Assembly: GCA_963674745.2 (NCBI GenBank)
Contig: CAXXDV010000003.1
Coordinates: 2,336,001 to 2,400,000 of the forward strand
Reading direction: 5' to 3'
Source of the DNA: Desulfosudaceae bacterium
Lineage (GTDB): Bacteria; Desulfobacterota; Desulfobacteria; Desulfobacterales; Desulfosudaceae
DNA length: 64,000 nucleotides
The notes below the pieces were generated by a model. It was not told the DNA's origin. It was given only the letters and a program-made list of their open reading frames with translations, and did no database searches. Shown here piece after piece: positions 38,434 to 48,696 of this stretch; position 1 is the first letter of the stretch, and each line of letters starts with the position of its first letter. The translations under genes and the position numbers were made by a program.

Positions 38434-39810
38434 CTATGCTTCCCAGTTGCCCGGGTTCATGATCCGGTTGGGGTCCAGGGTGTTCCGCAAACGGTCCATC
38501 AACCCCACGGTCCCCGCGTCCATTTGTTGTAAAATTTCTTTCTGGGCCGGCAGTTCGGCTTTCCAGGGGATGCCGCCCATGGCCAGACAGGCCCGGTTGG
38601 TCTCTTCCAGGGCGTCAGCAGCCCGCTGCACATCTTCGGTATCGGCCCGGTTAAAAGCGTAGGCGAAGAAAAACATCATGGCATGCCCGGCCCCGATAAT
38701 GCGGGCTCCCAGCGAGTAGGTCACATGAAATTTTTCGGCAATCTCCATACCCCGGGCATAGGCCTCGGGAAAACGTTCAATGGCCATCATGGCGCCGACA
38801 TATTCAAATCCGCCGCCCTTGCGGGCATCCGCGAAACGGGCCAGGTCCGGCGAGGGGATCTGCATAAAGCGGCCTTTCTGTACCGGCGGTATGGGCAGAA
38901 AACCCGCCCTTTTGGTATCGGTAAGACGCCGGACCGACTCCTGAATCAGGTTGCGTTTGAAAATCAATTCTTTTTTGGAATGCGCCCCGAAGGCGATGTT
39001 AATGTGAAAAAATCCTTTGGCCCACTCGGGTTTGGGCACCATCCAGGGCGTCATGTCTTCGGCCACCTGAACACTGGTCAACAGTGAAATGGCTTCAGGC
39101 ATCTGCTCGGCCGTCTCACACACATAAATCAGCATATCATTGTAACGATAGTTGGGGTAAAGCCGGATACCCAACCTGGTAACAATGCCGGTGGTGCCGG
39201 ACCACCCCAGGAAAAGACCGGACAGGTCGGGCAGGGGCGCCCGTGCAAACCACTGGGGCGACACGCTGCATGATCCAGTACGCACAACCTCCCCGGTAGG
39301 CAGCACAACTTCCATGCCGGTCAGCATATCGGAATGAAATCCGCCCAGCACCGACAAATGGCCGGAACCATGGATACATATATTACCGGCGATGGTGGCC
39401 GCCGGCGGCGCATCGGGCATGGAGTGTTTCAGGTCGGGATGATGTTTGGCCAGATACGCTTTCAGCCCTCCCTGACTGACACCGGCCTCAACCACGGCAT
39501 ACCGGCTGGCGGGATTGACCTCGACGACGGTGTCCATCCGCTTCATATCAACCACCACACCGCCTTTGAGGGCGCGGGTCAGGCCGGACAAAACCAGCCC
39601 GCCGCCCATGGGCACCAGCGGCACCTTGAATTCATTGGCCAGCCGCACAATCTGCGCCACTTCGTCAGTGGTCTTCGGCATGACCACGGCATCCGGCTCG
39701 GCCGGCGGCATGGTGCCCTGGTCCATGGAGTAAAGGTAGCGTTCTTCGGCTTCGGCGGAGACAAACGCTTCTCCCACAATGGTTTCCAGTTTTTTGACAA
39801 AATCTTTCAT
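38434..39810 (-). CDS. FAD-binding oxidoreductase (GlcD/lactate dehydrogenase-like)
   Basis: PDAVVMP, ATIAGN, GTTGIVT, LDPNRIMNPG. Confidence 0.9.
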   Translation of the reverse strand: MKDFVKKLETIVGEAFVSAEAEERYLYSMDQGTMPPAEPDAVVMPKTTDEVAQIVRLANEFKVPLVPMGGGLVLSGLTRALKGGVVVDMKRMDTVVEVNPASRYAVVEAGVSQGGLKAYLAKHHPDLKHSMPDAPPAATIAGNICIHGSGHLSVLGGFHSDMLTGMEVVLPTGEVVRTGSCSVSPQWFARAPLPDLSGLFLGWSGTTGIVTRLGIRLYPNYRYNDMLIYVCETAEQMPEAISLLTSVQVAEDMTPWMVPKPEWAKGFFHINIAFGAHSKKELIFKRNLIQESVRRLTDTKRAGFLPIPPVQKGRFMQIPSPDLARFADARKGGGFEYVGAMMAIERFPEAYARGMEIAEKFHVTYSLGARIIGAGHAMMFFFAYAFNRADTEDVQRAADALEETNRACLAMGGIPWKAELPAQKEILQQMDAGTVGLMDRLRNTLDPNRIMNPGNWEA

Positions 39811-39844
39811 TGTTTCTCCCGGATTGTATCTTCAAACATTCGGG

Positions 39845-40885
39845 TTATTCGCCTAACGCGGCCATAACCAGGTCACTGACCAGAATCGGCATCAGCCCGC
39901 GCTCAGCCACCTCCTGGGCCATGGTGGCCATGCAGAAGGGACAGTTAAACACGCAGTATGTGGCCTTGATGTCCAGCATATCGGCAATGTTCTTTTCCAC
40001 CAGATCATCTGCGAATTCATCCCGTTGATGGGCCCGGGGCACACCGCCGCAGCACAGGGCGTTTTCCCGGTCGTATTTTCGAGGCACGCGCTCGGCACCG
40101 ATCTTCTTAAAAATCTCATCCAACACCGCATCGGTCCCCGGCGCCAGGCGGTTCGAACAGGGCCGCTGATAAGCAATGACCTGGTTTAACGGCTTGATGG
40201 CATCGGCCAGATCGTCCAGCCGCTGGTTGATATAATCAAACAGATGAATCGGATGAAAAGGCACGTCGATGCCATACGCTTTGGCCAGGGTGGTATAGGT
40301 GCCGTAGCATTCGTCATGAAAGCAGACCATGTCGGTAACATCCGAATCCTTCAGATAGTATGACATGATATTGTCAATGGCCATTGGCACCCGCTCCCGG
40401 ATAACGGAATTTTTGGCAAAGTGCAGCCACATGACATTGCAGAAAATGTCCGTACCGGTGATTACGGAAGCCCCTTCAAAAAGCCGGCCCCTTATGGAAC
40501 CGGTCAGCATGGGGAAAGCGCACATATTAACCACCGGCGTCGCAACCGGGGCTTTGGTAATCCGGCCTTTGGGGGCCATCATTTTCAGCTGCTCGGCAAC
40601 AATCGGCCGGGGGGCCGGCAGCAGGCCCAGTTCCTCCTGTCGTTCCACCAGCACAAAAAACGGGTTGTTGCCGTTGGGGCAATACTCCTGGCAGGCGTAA
40701 CAGGTCAGGCATTCATGCAACACCCGGCAGTCCTGGCCGGCATTGATTTTCTGTTTTTCCTGCCTGGCTTCGGCCACATCAGCAATGGCAATATACTGGC
40801 ATTTCATCAGGCAGTCGACGGTAGGGCAGGACTTGCAGACGTCAGGGTCAAAGGCAATGGCATTCACGATGAACCTCCATAACAA
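39845..40885 (-). CDS. Fe-S protein with CCG domain
   Basis: CLTCYACQEYCP, YQRPCS, CCGG, NCPFC. Confidence 0.85.
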   Translation of the reverse strand: MLWRFIVNAIAFDPDVCKSCPTVDCLMKCQYIAIADVAEARQEKQKINAGQDCRVLHECLTCYACQEYCPNGNNPFFVLVERQEELGLLPAPRPIVAEQLKMMAPKGRITKAPVATPVVNMCAFPMLTGSIRGRLFEGASVITGTDIFCNVMWLHFAKNSVIRERVPMAIDNIMSYYLKDSDVTDMVCFHDECYGTYTTLAKAYGIDVPFHPIHLFDYINQRLDDLADAIKPLNQVIAYQRPCSNRLAPGTDAVLDEIFKKIGAERVPRKYDRENALCCGGVPRAHQRDEFADDLVEKNIADMLDIKATYCVFNCPFCMATMAQEVAERGLMPILVSDLVMAALGE

Positions 40886-40952
40886 TAAAAAATAGATATA
40901 AGCATATACTCAAAACGTATAGGAAATCTGCGGGATTCGCAACCGTTTTAAT

Positions 40953-41226
40953 TGTTTTAAGGTTTTAGGGTTTTAAGTAGGGGCACGGTGTGCCGTGCCC
41001 GATTGAAGTGATTATGTGTTTAAGTGGTTAAGTGATTATGTGATTAAGTGGTTAGGTGGCCGTGGTTGTAGGGGCACGGCGTGCCGTGCCCTTTTGAAAT
41101 GGTTACGTGTTTAAGTGGTTATGTGGTTAAGTGGTTAGGTGGCCGTGGTTTGAGGGGGGCAGGCTCTAAATTGGCCATTGTTGATCGGTGCCGCAGGCCC
41201 TGGGGCGACTTGCCGGTCGCCCTTAC
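40953..41226. repeat. REP cluster interleaved with degenerate octamer repeats (AAGTGGTT-like)
   Basis: GTAGGGGCACGG...CCGTGCCC at 40977 and 41068, inverted REP near 41200-41226, and tandem ttaagtgg/ttatgtg units. Confidence 0.85.
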
Positions 41227-41275
41227 AAATAAGTTCCACGGGTGTAACGCTGTAGTAGATGGCAAAGTAAAACGT

Positions 41276-42463
41276 TCAAACAATAATTATTTCTTCGGGA
41301 TAAGTCGTCAACGACTCCAGGCCTTTTTTCGTCACCACGTGCGTGTTTTCAATACCGACCACCCCTTTGCCCGGAAAAATCAGTTTTGGTTCCAGGGCGA
41401 TGATCATGTTTTCGGCCAGTTCCAGGGTCTGTCCTTTGGCCAGGAAGGGGAATTCATCCATATCAATGCCCACCCCGTGGCCGACAAACCGGATGCGTTT
41501 TTTACCCACGCCCATGAAATTATCCGCATATCCCAGTTCGGTCGCCCGCTCCAGGGCCAGATCATAAAGGCTGCCGGCGGGCGTTCCGGGGACAGCCGCT
41601 TTTTTTACCGTTTCCTGAACATCCAGCATGGCCTGATGGGCCTGTTTGAGTTCGTCGGAGATACCGCCGATGGCGTAAATCCGGGTGTGATCCGACAAAT
41701 ACCCTTGAAAGGCAAAAGCGATGTCCACCAGCACCGGTTCTTCCGGCTGGATCGGCTTGAACGTCCCGCCCTGGGGAAAGGCCGGGCTGGTTCCGGGACC
41801 GCCGGTGGGCGAAGAAAGACTGCTCGGGACACCGGCCGAGGCGCCGGCCATGACATGGCCGTAAAACAGTTCCGCCCCCCACAGCCGCATCCGGATCAGA
41901 CCCTGGTGACCCAACCGCCGGGCTTCGGCTTCCACCCGTCCGGAAAATTCCAGCTCGCTGATGCCGGGCGCCAAAATGGTCGGCACAAAGGCATCCAGCT
42001 GATCGGCCAGGGCCGAGGCCCGGCGTATTTTTTCCACTTCATAATCCGACTTGACCGCCCGTTGCAGACGGATCAGAGCGGCGGCATTGACACATTCGGC
42101 ATCGGCAAACAGTTTTTGCAGATTCAAAAACATTTCCGCAGAAATCACGTCCATTTCCAGGCCCAAAACCCGGGGCAGGCGCTTGATGATGTCCGGGACT
42201 TCCGCCGGCCGGTTGATTTCCAGAATGGCTGTCAACGGTGATTCAACCCTGGCCCGATCGACATCCTTTCTGATCATCAGTAACGGCTCACCATCAACCG
42301 GGACATAAAAATAGCCCTGCTGGGTCGTGCCGCAATAGTAAAACAGATCGGCGTTCTGCATCATCAGGACGGCGTCCATCCCCGCTTCAGCCATAGCCTC
42401 TTTCAACCTGTCAATACGGGCACTGATTTCGGACAAGGGCGTGTAGACTTCGGTTAAATCCAT
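41276..42463 (-). CDS. Xaa-Pro peptidase family (M24)
   Basis: VKSDYE, GYLSDHTR, GHGVG, ALEPK, GIEN. Confidence 0.92.
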   Translation of the reverse strand: MDLTEVYTPLSEISARIDRLKEAMAEAGMDAVLMMQNADLFYYCGTTQQGYFYVPVDGEPLLMIRKDVDRARVESPLTAILEINRPAEVPDIIKRLPRVLGLEMDVISAEMFLNLQKLFADAECVNAAALIRLQRAVKSDYEVEKIRRASALADQLDAFVPTILAPGISELEFSGRVEAEARRLGHQGLIRMRLWGAELFYGHVMAGASAGVPSSLSSPTGGPGTSPAFPQGGTFKPIQPEEPVLVDIAFAFQGYLSDHTRIYAIGGISDELKQAHQAMLDVQETVKKAAVPGTPAGSLYDLALERATELGYADNFMGVGKKRIRFVGHGVGIDMDEFPFLAKGQTLELAENMIIALEPKLIFPGKGVVGIENTHVVTKKGLESLTTYPEEIIIV

Positions 42464-42516
42464 AAGGTAATTATCCTCATTGTTTATTGGGGTTCAAGAA
42501 GAGGGGTCGAATGGTT

Positions 42517-42575
42517 GTAGGGGCGGCCCCCTGTGGCCGCCCGATTGAAGGGCACCCACAGGGGGGTGCCCCTAC
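42517..42575. repeat. GTAG-type REP doublet
   Basis: GTAGGGGCGGCCCCCTGTGGCCGCCC...GGGCACCCACAGGGGGGTGCCCCTAC. Confidence 0.85.
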
Positions 42576-42662
42576 ATAATTCCCATGCTGCGCCTCGCAT
42601 CTTCAGCCAGGTGGCTGGGGGCAAACTCGACTCGTGAAATAACCGGGCCAGCATCACACATT

Positions 42663-43838
42663 TCACCGCTTGACGATCAGGGACACCGCCTCGCCTCCCC
42701 CAAGGCACAGAGACGCCAGACCGGTTTTTTTATCCTGGCGCTGCATTTCGTAAAGCAGGGTCACCAGCACCCGGCAGCCACTGGCACCGATGGGATGCCC
42801 CAGCGCCACGCTGCCGCCATTGACATTGGCAATGGCCGGATCGATCCCCAGTTCCCGCAGAACGGCCACGGTGGAACCGGAAAAGGCCTCATTGATCTCA
42901 AACAAATCGACCTGTTCAATGGAAACACCTTCCTTCTTCAGGCACTTGGGAATGGCCCCGATAGGCGCCACCAGCACGTATTTCATGTCAATACCGAAAG
43001 AGGCCTGGGCGCCGACAACAGCCATGGGCGTGCACCCCAGTTCTTCGGCCTTTTCCCTGGACATGACCACCACTGCGGCCGCACCGTCACTGATAATCGA
43101 GGCGTTGCCGGCGGTGGCCGTACCGTTTTTCTGAAAAGCCGGTTTCATGGCCGCCAGGTCCTCGTAACGGGTCTCCCGGGGGCATTCATCCACGGCAAAA
43201 ATCGAAGTCATTCCTTTTTTTCCCGGCACCTCGACCGGCATAATTTCAGCCTCAAACCGGCCTTCTTTGATAGCGGCCAGCGCCCGACGATAGGATTCCC
43301 CGGCATAGCGGTCCTGGTCTTCCCGGCTGACATTGTATTTTTCGGCACACAGGTCATTGGAAATACCCATATGAAAATCATTGACGATGTCCCACAGGCC
43401 GTCATGAACCATATGGTCTTTGAGCTCTCCGCCGCCCATGCGATATCCGAACCGGGCTTTTTCAAGGTAGAACGGCGCCCGGCTCATGCACTCCATACCG
43501 CCCGCGACCACCACCTCGGCATCTCCGACCTGGATGGCCTGGGCCGCCAGCATGATGGTCTTCAAGGCCGAACCACAGACCTTGTTGACGGTAATACACT
43601 CGACCTCCCAGGGCAAACCGGCCATCACGGCCGCCTGGCGGGCCGGATTCTGGCCGTAACCGCAGGGCAGGACCATGCCCATGGCCACTTCATCCACAGC
43701 CGATTTGTCTATGCCCGCCCGCCTTATGGCCTCGTCGATCACCAGGGCACCCAGTTTTGTGGCCCCGATACCGGCCAGGGAACCGTTAAAGGCCCCTAAA
43801 GGCGTTCTGACCGCACTGACAATAACCGCTTCTTTCAT
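42663..43838 (-). CDS. acetyl-CoA C-acetyltransferase (thiolase)
   Basis: NKVCGS, NEAF, GHPIGASG, CLGGG. Confidence 0.96.
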   Translation of the reverse strand: MKEAVIVSAVRTPLGAFNGSLAGIGATKLGALVIDEAIRRAGIDKSAVDEVAMGMVLPCGYGQNPARQAAVMAGLPWEVECITVNKVCGSALKTIMLAAQAIQVGDAEVVVAGGMECMSRAPFYLEKARFGYRMGGGELKDHMVHDGLWDIVNDFHMGISNDLCAEKYNVSREDQDRYAGESYRRALAAIKEGRFEAEIMPVEVPGKKGMTSIFAVDECPRETRYEDLAAMKPAFQKNGTATAGNASIISDGAAAVVVMSREKAEELGCTPMAVVGAQASFGIDMKYVLVAPIGAIPKCLKKEGVSIEQVDLFEINEAFSGSTVAVLRELGIDPAIANVNGGSVALGHPIGASGCRVLVTLLYEMQRQDKKTGLASLCLGGGEAVSLIVKR

Positions 43839-44023
43839 ATTATCCTCCGGTTTCATCCTGGATTATTAAAAAATAGAAGTATAGCATCCACGTGCTTATT
43901 GGCAACCCGTTTTCGGAATGGTTCTATTTGGGGAAAAAATACAAACATGCTAAACTGATTACGTATAAGTTGATTTGGATCCGATCCCTTGGTTCCTTCT
44001 GAAAGGCGCGGGACGCAATCACT

Positions 44024-44228
44024 GTAGCGGAAGGCTTTACAGGCTGTCCAACAACTCGTCATCCCGGGCAGTGGAGCGAAGCGGAACGTGACCCGGGATC
44101 CAGTATAAAATTGGTTTTATTCATTTTTCTGGATTCCGGCGCGGAGGCCGGAATGACGAATGTTGGTGTTATTGGACAGCCTGTTTAGCCTTCCAGATCA
44201 GCCTGGAAAGCTAAAGCCTTCCGCTGTA
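44024..44228. mobile_element. 144-bp MITE-like element (44040-44183) inserted in the loop of a REP doublet, with TTTA duplication
   Basis: TIR CAGGCTGTCCAA/TTGGACAGCCTG and TTTA on both sides. Removal restores GTAGCGGAAGGC-TTTA-GCCTTCC. Confidence 0.8.
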
Positions 44229-44265
44229 TGTTACAACTTCAACGCAGGTTTTCTCAGGGGAAATC

Positions 44266-45624
44266 ATGAAAAGTATCAACCCGGCCACCAACGAAGAGAT
44301 CAAAACATATTCACCCCATTCACCGTCTGATGTCCGCGAAATTTTGCAGGCCGTAAACGATGCCTGGATGTCGTGGAAAAACACGCCTTTTTCCCGACGC
44401 GCGGAGCTGATGCATAACGCCTCCCATGTGCTGATGGCCGAACGGGATGAATGCGCCTCGATCATTACATCCGAAATGGGTAAAACCATCACCGAAGCCA
44501 GGGGCGAAGTTGAAAAATGCGCCCTGGCCTGCCGGTACTTTGCGGAACATACCGAAGGCCTGTTAAGCGACGAAACGATAGAAACCGGTTACACCAAAAG
44601 CGTTGCCGTTTTTGAACCGCTGGGCATCATTCTGGCGGTCATGCCCTGGAACTTTCCTTTCTGGCAGGTCTGGCGGTTTATCGCGCCAGGCTTGATGGCC
44701 GGCAATGCCGGTGTCCTTAAACATGCCTCCAGCGTCTGCGGCTGCGCCTTGAAAATCGAAGAACTCGTCAAAAAAGCAGGCTTTCCGGAAAACCTGTTCC
44801 GGGCCCTGCTGATACCACCGAAAGACGTTGAAGCCGTGATCAGGCACCCCCTGGTCAAAGGCGTTACCCTGACAGGCAGCGAAGGGGCCGGCAGCCGGGT
44901 GGCGGAAATCGCCGGACAGGAACTGAAAAAAAGCGTGCTTGAACTGGGCGGTTCCGACCCCTTCATTGTTTTTGAAGACGCCGATCTGGAAAAATGCGTG
45001 CGCACAGCCGTCAGGTCCCGTTGTCTGAATGCGGGCCAGGTATGCATCTCAGCCAAACGTTTTATCGTCGAAGAGGCCGTTGCAGAAGCCTTTCTGGATG
45101 GCATGGCATCGGCTATGAAAGCACTTGTCATCGGCGACCCCATGGACGAGAAGACGCAACTGGGCCCCATGGCCAGGCCTGACCTGCTGAACGACCTTCA
45201 CGCACAAGTTGAGGCATCCATTCAACAGGGCGCGCGACTTGTTTCGGGCGGGCACAGACTCGACCGCCCCGGAAACTATTACGCGCCCACGATCCTGACG
45301 GACGTCACCAGAGATATGCCGGTATACCATCAGGAGACTTTCGGACCGGTCGCGGCGGTAATCAAAGTCAAAAACGAAGAAGAAGCCGTGGCCGTGGCCA
45401 ATGATACGGATTTCGGCCTGGGTGCCAGCGTCTGGACAAATGATTTAAACCGGGGAGAACGAATCGCCCGAGAAATCGAATCCGGCATGGTATTTGTCAA
45501 CAGCATGACGGCATCCCATCCGGAGCTGCCCTTTGGCGGTGTCAAACGTTCGGGTTACGGTCGCGAGTTGTCCCATTACGGGATTAAGGAATTTATAAAT
45601 ATCAAAACCATCTGTCTCAAATAG
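44266..45624 (+). CDS. NAD(P)-dependent succinate-semialdehyde dehydrogenase family
   Basis: MPWNFP, LTGS, LELGGSDP, NAGQVC, ETFGP. Confidence 0.92.
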   Translation: MKSINPATNEEIKTYSPHSPSDVREILQAVNDAWMSWKNTPFSRRAELMHNASHVLMAERDECASIITSEMGKTITEARGEVEKCALACRYFAEHTEGLLSDETIETGYTKSVAVFEPLGIILAVMPWNFPFWQVWRFIAPGLMAGNAGVLKHASSVCGCALKIEELVKKAGFPENLFRALLIPPKDVEAVIRHPLVKGVTLTGSEGAGSRVAEIAGQELKKSVLELGGSDPFIVFEDADLEKCVRTAVRSRCLNAGQVCISAKRFIVEEAVAEAFLDGMASAMKALVIGDPMDEKTQLGPMARPDLLNDLHAQVEASIQQGARLVSGGHRLDRPGNYYAPTILTDVTRDMPVYHQETFGPVAAVIKVKNEEEAVAVANDTDFGLGASVWTNDLNRGERIAREIESGMVFVNSMTASHPELPFGGVKRSGYGRELSHYGIKEFINIKTICLK

Positions 45625-45633
45625 AGGATTCTA

Positions 45634-47337
45634 ATGCGTGATCCAATTCGTGTATTGAAGATAAGCCTCATTATTTTATTGATCCTCTCTGGTTTTGGGT
45701 TACGCCTTTATTCCCTGTCGGCCGATCCGCCCCATTGGATGTATGTGTTTAATACAGATGAAGGTCACTATTCTTATAATACGCATAATAAATTAAAGTA
45801 CGGGCAGTGGTTTGTAAATAAGTCCCGGTACGCATTGATCACCCCTCTGTTTTCATTTCTTCAGTACCTTGTCGCCACCACGATAGATACACAGGAGAGC
45901 ATTATCCGTTACCGGGCCGTAAACGTATTATGCGGCATATTATCCTGTTTTTTAATGGCGCTCATGTTTAGAGAGAAATGGATGCGGACGGCCGTGCTGG
46001 TCATTAGCGCCTGGTCGTTCATGGGGGTAACGCATTCACGAATCGGTATACCGGAAATGATGTTGACGGTTTTTTTTCAGGTAACGATTCTGCTGGCATG
46101 GCAAGGGCACAAAAGAGACAGCATTCTGCTTATCTTCTTTTCTGGTTTAACGGCCATCGCCGCCATTGGCGTAAAAACAACAGGCGTGCTCATTGTGCCC
46201 GCCGTCATTATTGCGCCATTACTCCATCTTTCAGAAAAAAATCGGCTCTGGAAATACGGGGCAGGCCTTTTTACAGGCCTGACCTGCGGGTTAATCATAT
46301 GGGCAACACTGGTTATTGTTCCCAATTGGAGTTCATGGAATTATATGCAGGAAATGGCCACGCAATATGGAAGGAGTTCCATATCATTTAGCCCTGTATT
46401 ATTACTCAAATCAATCGGCGGTTTCATTCTTTCGCCGGCGTTACAAACCATTCCGGCGCTCTGGCCCATGGCGCTGTGCTGGTGCTTTTTACTTTATATA
46501 CCCAAAATCCGGAAACAATCGGCCGATTTCCTGGACACCCTGGTTTTTCTTTGGATTTTTTGTTGTTTTGCGGGCCTGGGGCTTCCCTCATACCAACCGG
46601 CGAGATGGCAGTTGCTGATCTTCCCCCCGACCATTTATGCCGGACTCCAGTTTATCCGACTTAACAAAAACGATAAAATCACGTTTTTTTCATTTCTATT
46701 AGCCGTCAGTATTTCAATAATGGCTTCTACACTCGTTTCCAAAGTGTTTTTAGCCACAAGCGGTCCCATAAGCCCCCACAGAGGTATTTTCAGCCATAGT
46801 GTATTGGCGTTCATTGCCTTTATAGCCGTTTTTGCGACATATTTTCCGGCTAAAAAATTTCATAAAGAAAAATGGAAGGCCGTCGCCCTGGCAGTTATCG
46901 TTCTGAACCTGGTTGTACAGATCCAGTTGTTTGCCGCCTATACAGTCCCTTTCTATTCCCACAAAAACCAATGGCACAAAATTTCAGCATATCTCGAAGG
47001 GCTTTCACAAAAAGAAAACGCCATTTTTTCAGGTGATCTGGTGGAGAACATAGCCCTGCATGCCGACATTCAGGTGATACCCACTTTCTATTTACTGGAG
47101 GGGAAAAATGATGTTTCTCTTAAAAAGCTCTTTAAGGACGTAAAAGAATTACCGACTCATTTCATCATTTCTGAGGGACATATTAAACGTTTCCAGGTTG
47201 AAGCGCCCAATTTTATGAAAAGCCTTAAGGTGATTAATCGTTTTCCTCTGGTGATCGGGGGCTATGGGCGAAGGCGTATTTTTATTTTTCAATTCACATC
47301 CTACAATTGGCTAAACCAATCCGACCGATTGGAATAG
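45634..47337 (+). CDS. multi-TM ArnT/GT39-like membrane protein
   Basis: LRLYSLSADPP...DEG motif and many TM segments. Lower GC than its flanks. Confidence 0.7.
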   Translation: MRDPIRVLKISLIILLILSGFGLRLYSLSADPPHWMYVFNTDEGHYSYNTHNKLKYGQWFVNKSRYALITPLFSFLQYLVATTIDTQESIIRYRAVNVLCGILSCFLMALMFREKWMRTAVLVISAWSFMGVTHSRIGIPEMMLTVFFQVTILLAWQGHKRDSILLIFFSGLTAIAAIGVKTTGVLIVPAVIIAPLLHLSEKNRLWKYGAGLFTGLTCGLIIWATLVIVPNWSSWNYMQEMATQYGRSSISFSPVLLLKSIGGFILSPALQTIPALWPMALCWCFLLYIPKIRKQSADFLDTLVFLWIFCCFAGLGLPSYQPARWQLLIFPPTIYAGLQFIRLNKNDKITFFSFLLAVSISIMASTLVSKVFLATSGPISPHRGIFSHSVLAFIAFIAVFATYFPAKKFHKEKWKAVALAVIVLNLVVQIQLFAAYTVPFYSHKNQWHKISAYLEGLSQKENAIFSGDLVENIALHADIQVIPTFYLLEGKNDVSLKKLFKDVKELPTHFIISEGHIKRFQVEAPNFMKSLKVINRFPLVIGGYGRRRIFIFQFTSYNWLNQSDRLE

Positions 47338-47420
47338 CAGGATGTAATTACAATAAGATCAAACAATATTGTGAAAATCCGGGGCAAAACATCTGTAATG
47401 TAGACCGGGAGGCCTTTAAG

Positions 47421-48536
47421 TCACGACAGGTTTTGCCCTGCCGGGGACAACGATTCCACATGCAGGGTCTGTGTCGGAAAAGCGAATTCCAGCCCCAGTT
47501 CATCCACCAGCCGCATGATCTTCAGCATGAAGCTCTGCCTGGCCGCCAGGTATTCGGCCCAGACCGTTGAAACGGTAAAGCAGTAAATAAACACATCCAG
47601 GCTGGACGGTCCGAATTGGTTAAAATAGACCAGGTAATAATCCTGGTCCATGGTTTGATCAGCGGCAATGATGGCCCGGATACCCTCGACCAGCTGCTCC
47701 ATCTTTTCGGGGCTGGTGCTGTAGGTCACGCCGACATTCATCTTGATGCGGCGTTTTTTCATGCGCGACCAGTTCTCAATGGCTTTAGTCGTCAGCATGG
47801 AATTGGGCATGGTGATAAGGCTGTTGGCAAACGTCCGGATGCGGGTGGTTCTCAAGCCCACCTCCTCGACCGTACCCTCGATACCGTCCATTTCAATCCA
47901 GTCGCCCACATGAAAAGGGCGGTCAACAAAGATGACCACCGATCCGAAAAAATTGGCCAGTGTGTCCTTGGATGCCAGCGCAATGGCCGCGCCGCCCAGA
48001 CCCAGGCCGGCAATCAGGCTGGCCACCGAATAGCCCAGGTTCTGCAGAAACAGGACAATACCGACGACGTACAGAAAGGCTTTGCCTGCCTTGTGCACCA
48101 GGGGAACCAGCTGATCATCCAGCTTCGAATCCGTGGCATCGGCCTTTGATTTCCAGATCTGGATAAAACCGTCCAGAAGCAGGGCGGCACACCAGACGAT
48201 AATCAGAACAGAGAAGCCTTTGATCAGCGAATCGCTGAATTTACGGATATCCACCGGCTCGGCGGGCAACGGCAGAATCAGCAATGCCCCGTAAAGGCCT
48301 CCCAGAAGACAGGCCCACCCGGCCGGCCGTACAAAGGCGCCGATCAGCATATCATCGACAGCCGTCCGGGTTTTCCCGGCGCCCCTGGCGATACCGTTCA
48401 AAATACCGGTCACAATCCATTTGGCCAGAAAGCCGCCTAAAATCATCAGAAAGGCATACACATAAATCTTAAGACTGATCCCGCCGATGGTGAGCGACAA
48501 AAACTCGTTAACCTCCGTCATAAGTGTTTTCCTCAT
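47421..48536 (-). CDS. mechanosensitive ion channel MscS family
   Basis: GLGLGGAAIALA, RPFHVGDWI, GTVEEVGLRTT, FAFPT. Confidence 0.95.
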   Translation of the reverse strand: MRKTLMTEVNEFLSLTIGGISLKIYVYAFLMILGGFLAKWIVTGILNGIARGAGKTRTAVDDMLIGAFVRPAGWACLLGGLYGALLILPLPAEPVDIRKFSDSLIKGFSVLIIVWCAALLLDGFIQIWKSKADATDSKLDDQLVPLVHKAGKAFLYVVGIVLFLQNLGYSVASLIAGLGLGGAAIALASKDTLANFFGSVVIFVDRPFHVGDWIEMDGIEGTVEEVGLRTTRIRTFANSLITMPNSMLTTKAIENWSRMKKRRIKMNVGVTYSTSPEKMEQLVEGIRAIIAADQTMDQDYYLVYFNQFGPSSLDVFIYCFTVSTVWAEYLAARQSFMLKIMRLVDELGLEFAFPTQTLHVESLSPAGQNLS

Positions 48537-48696
48537 GCTTTATTCATCTAAATAGTGTCAGTTGATCCATATCTAGTCCTTATTTTCAAAAATCCGACTT
48601 TATCTCAAGGAATAAATGATCGCCTCCGGATTCAAAGGGAACACAGCCATAACCAATTGCGATAAATATTACCAGGGCGTCTCTGAAAATGGCCGT

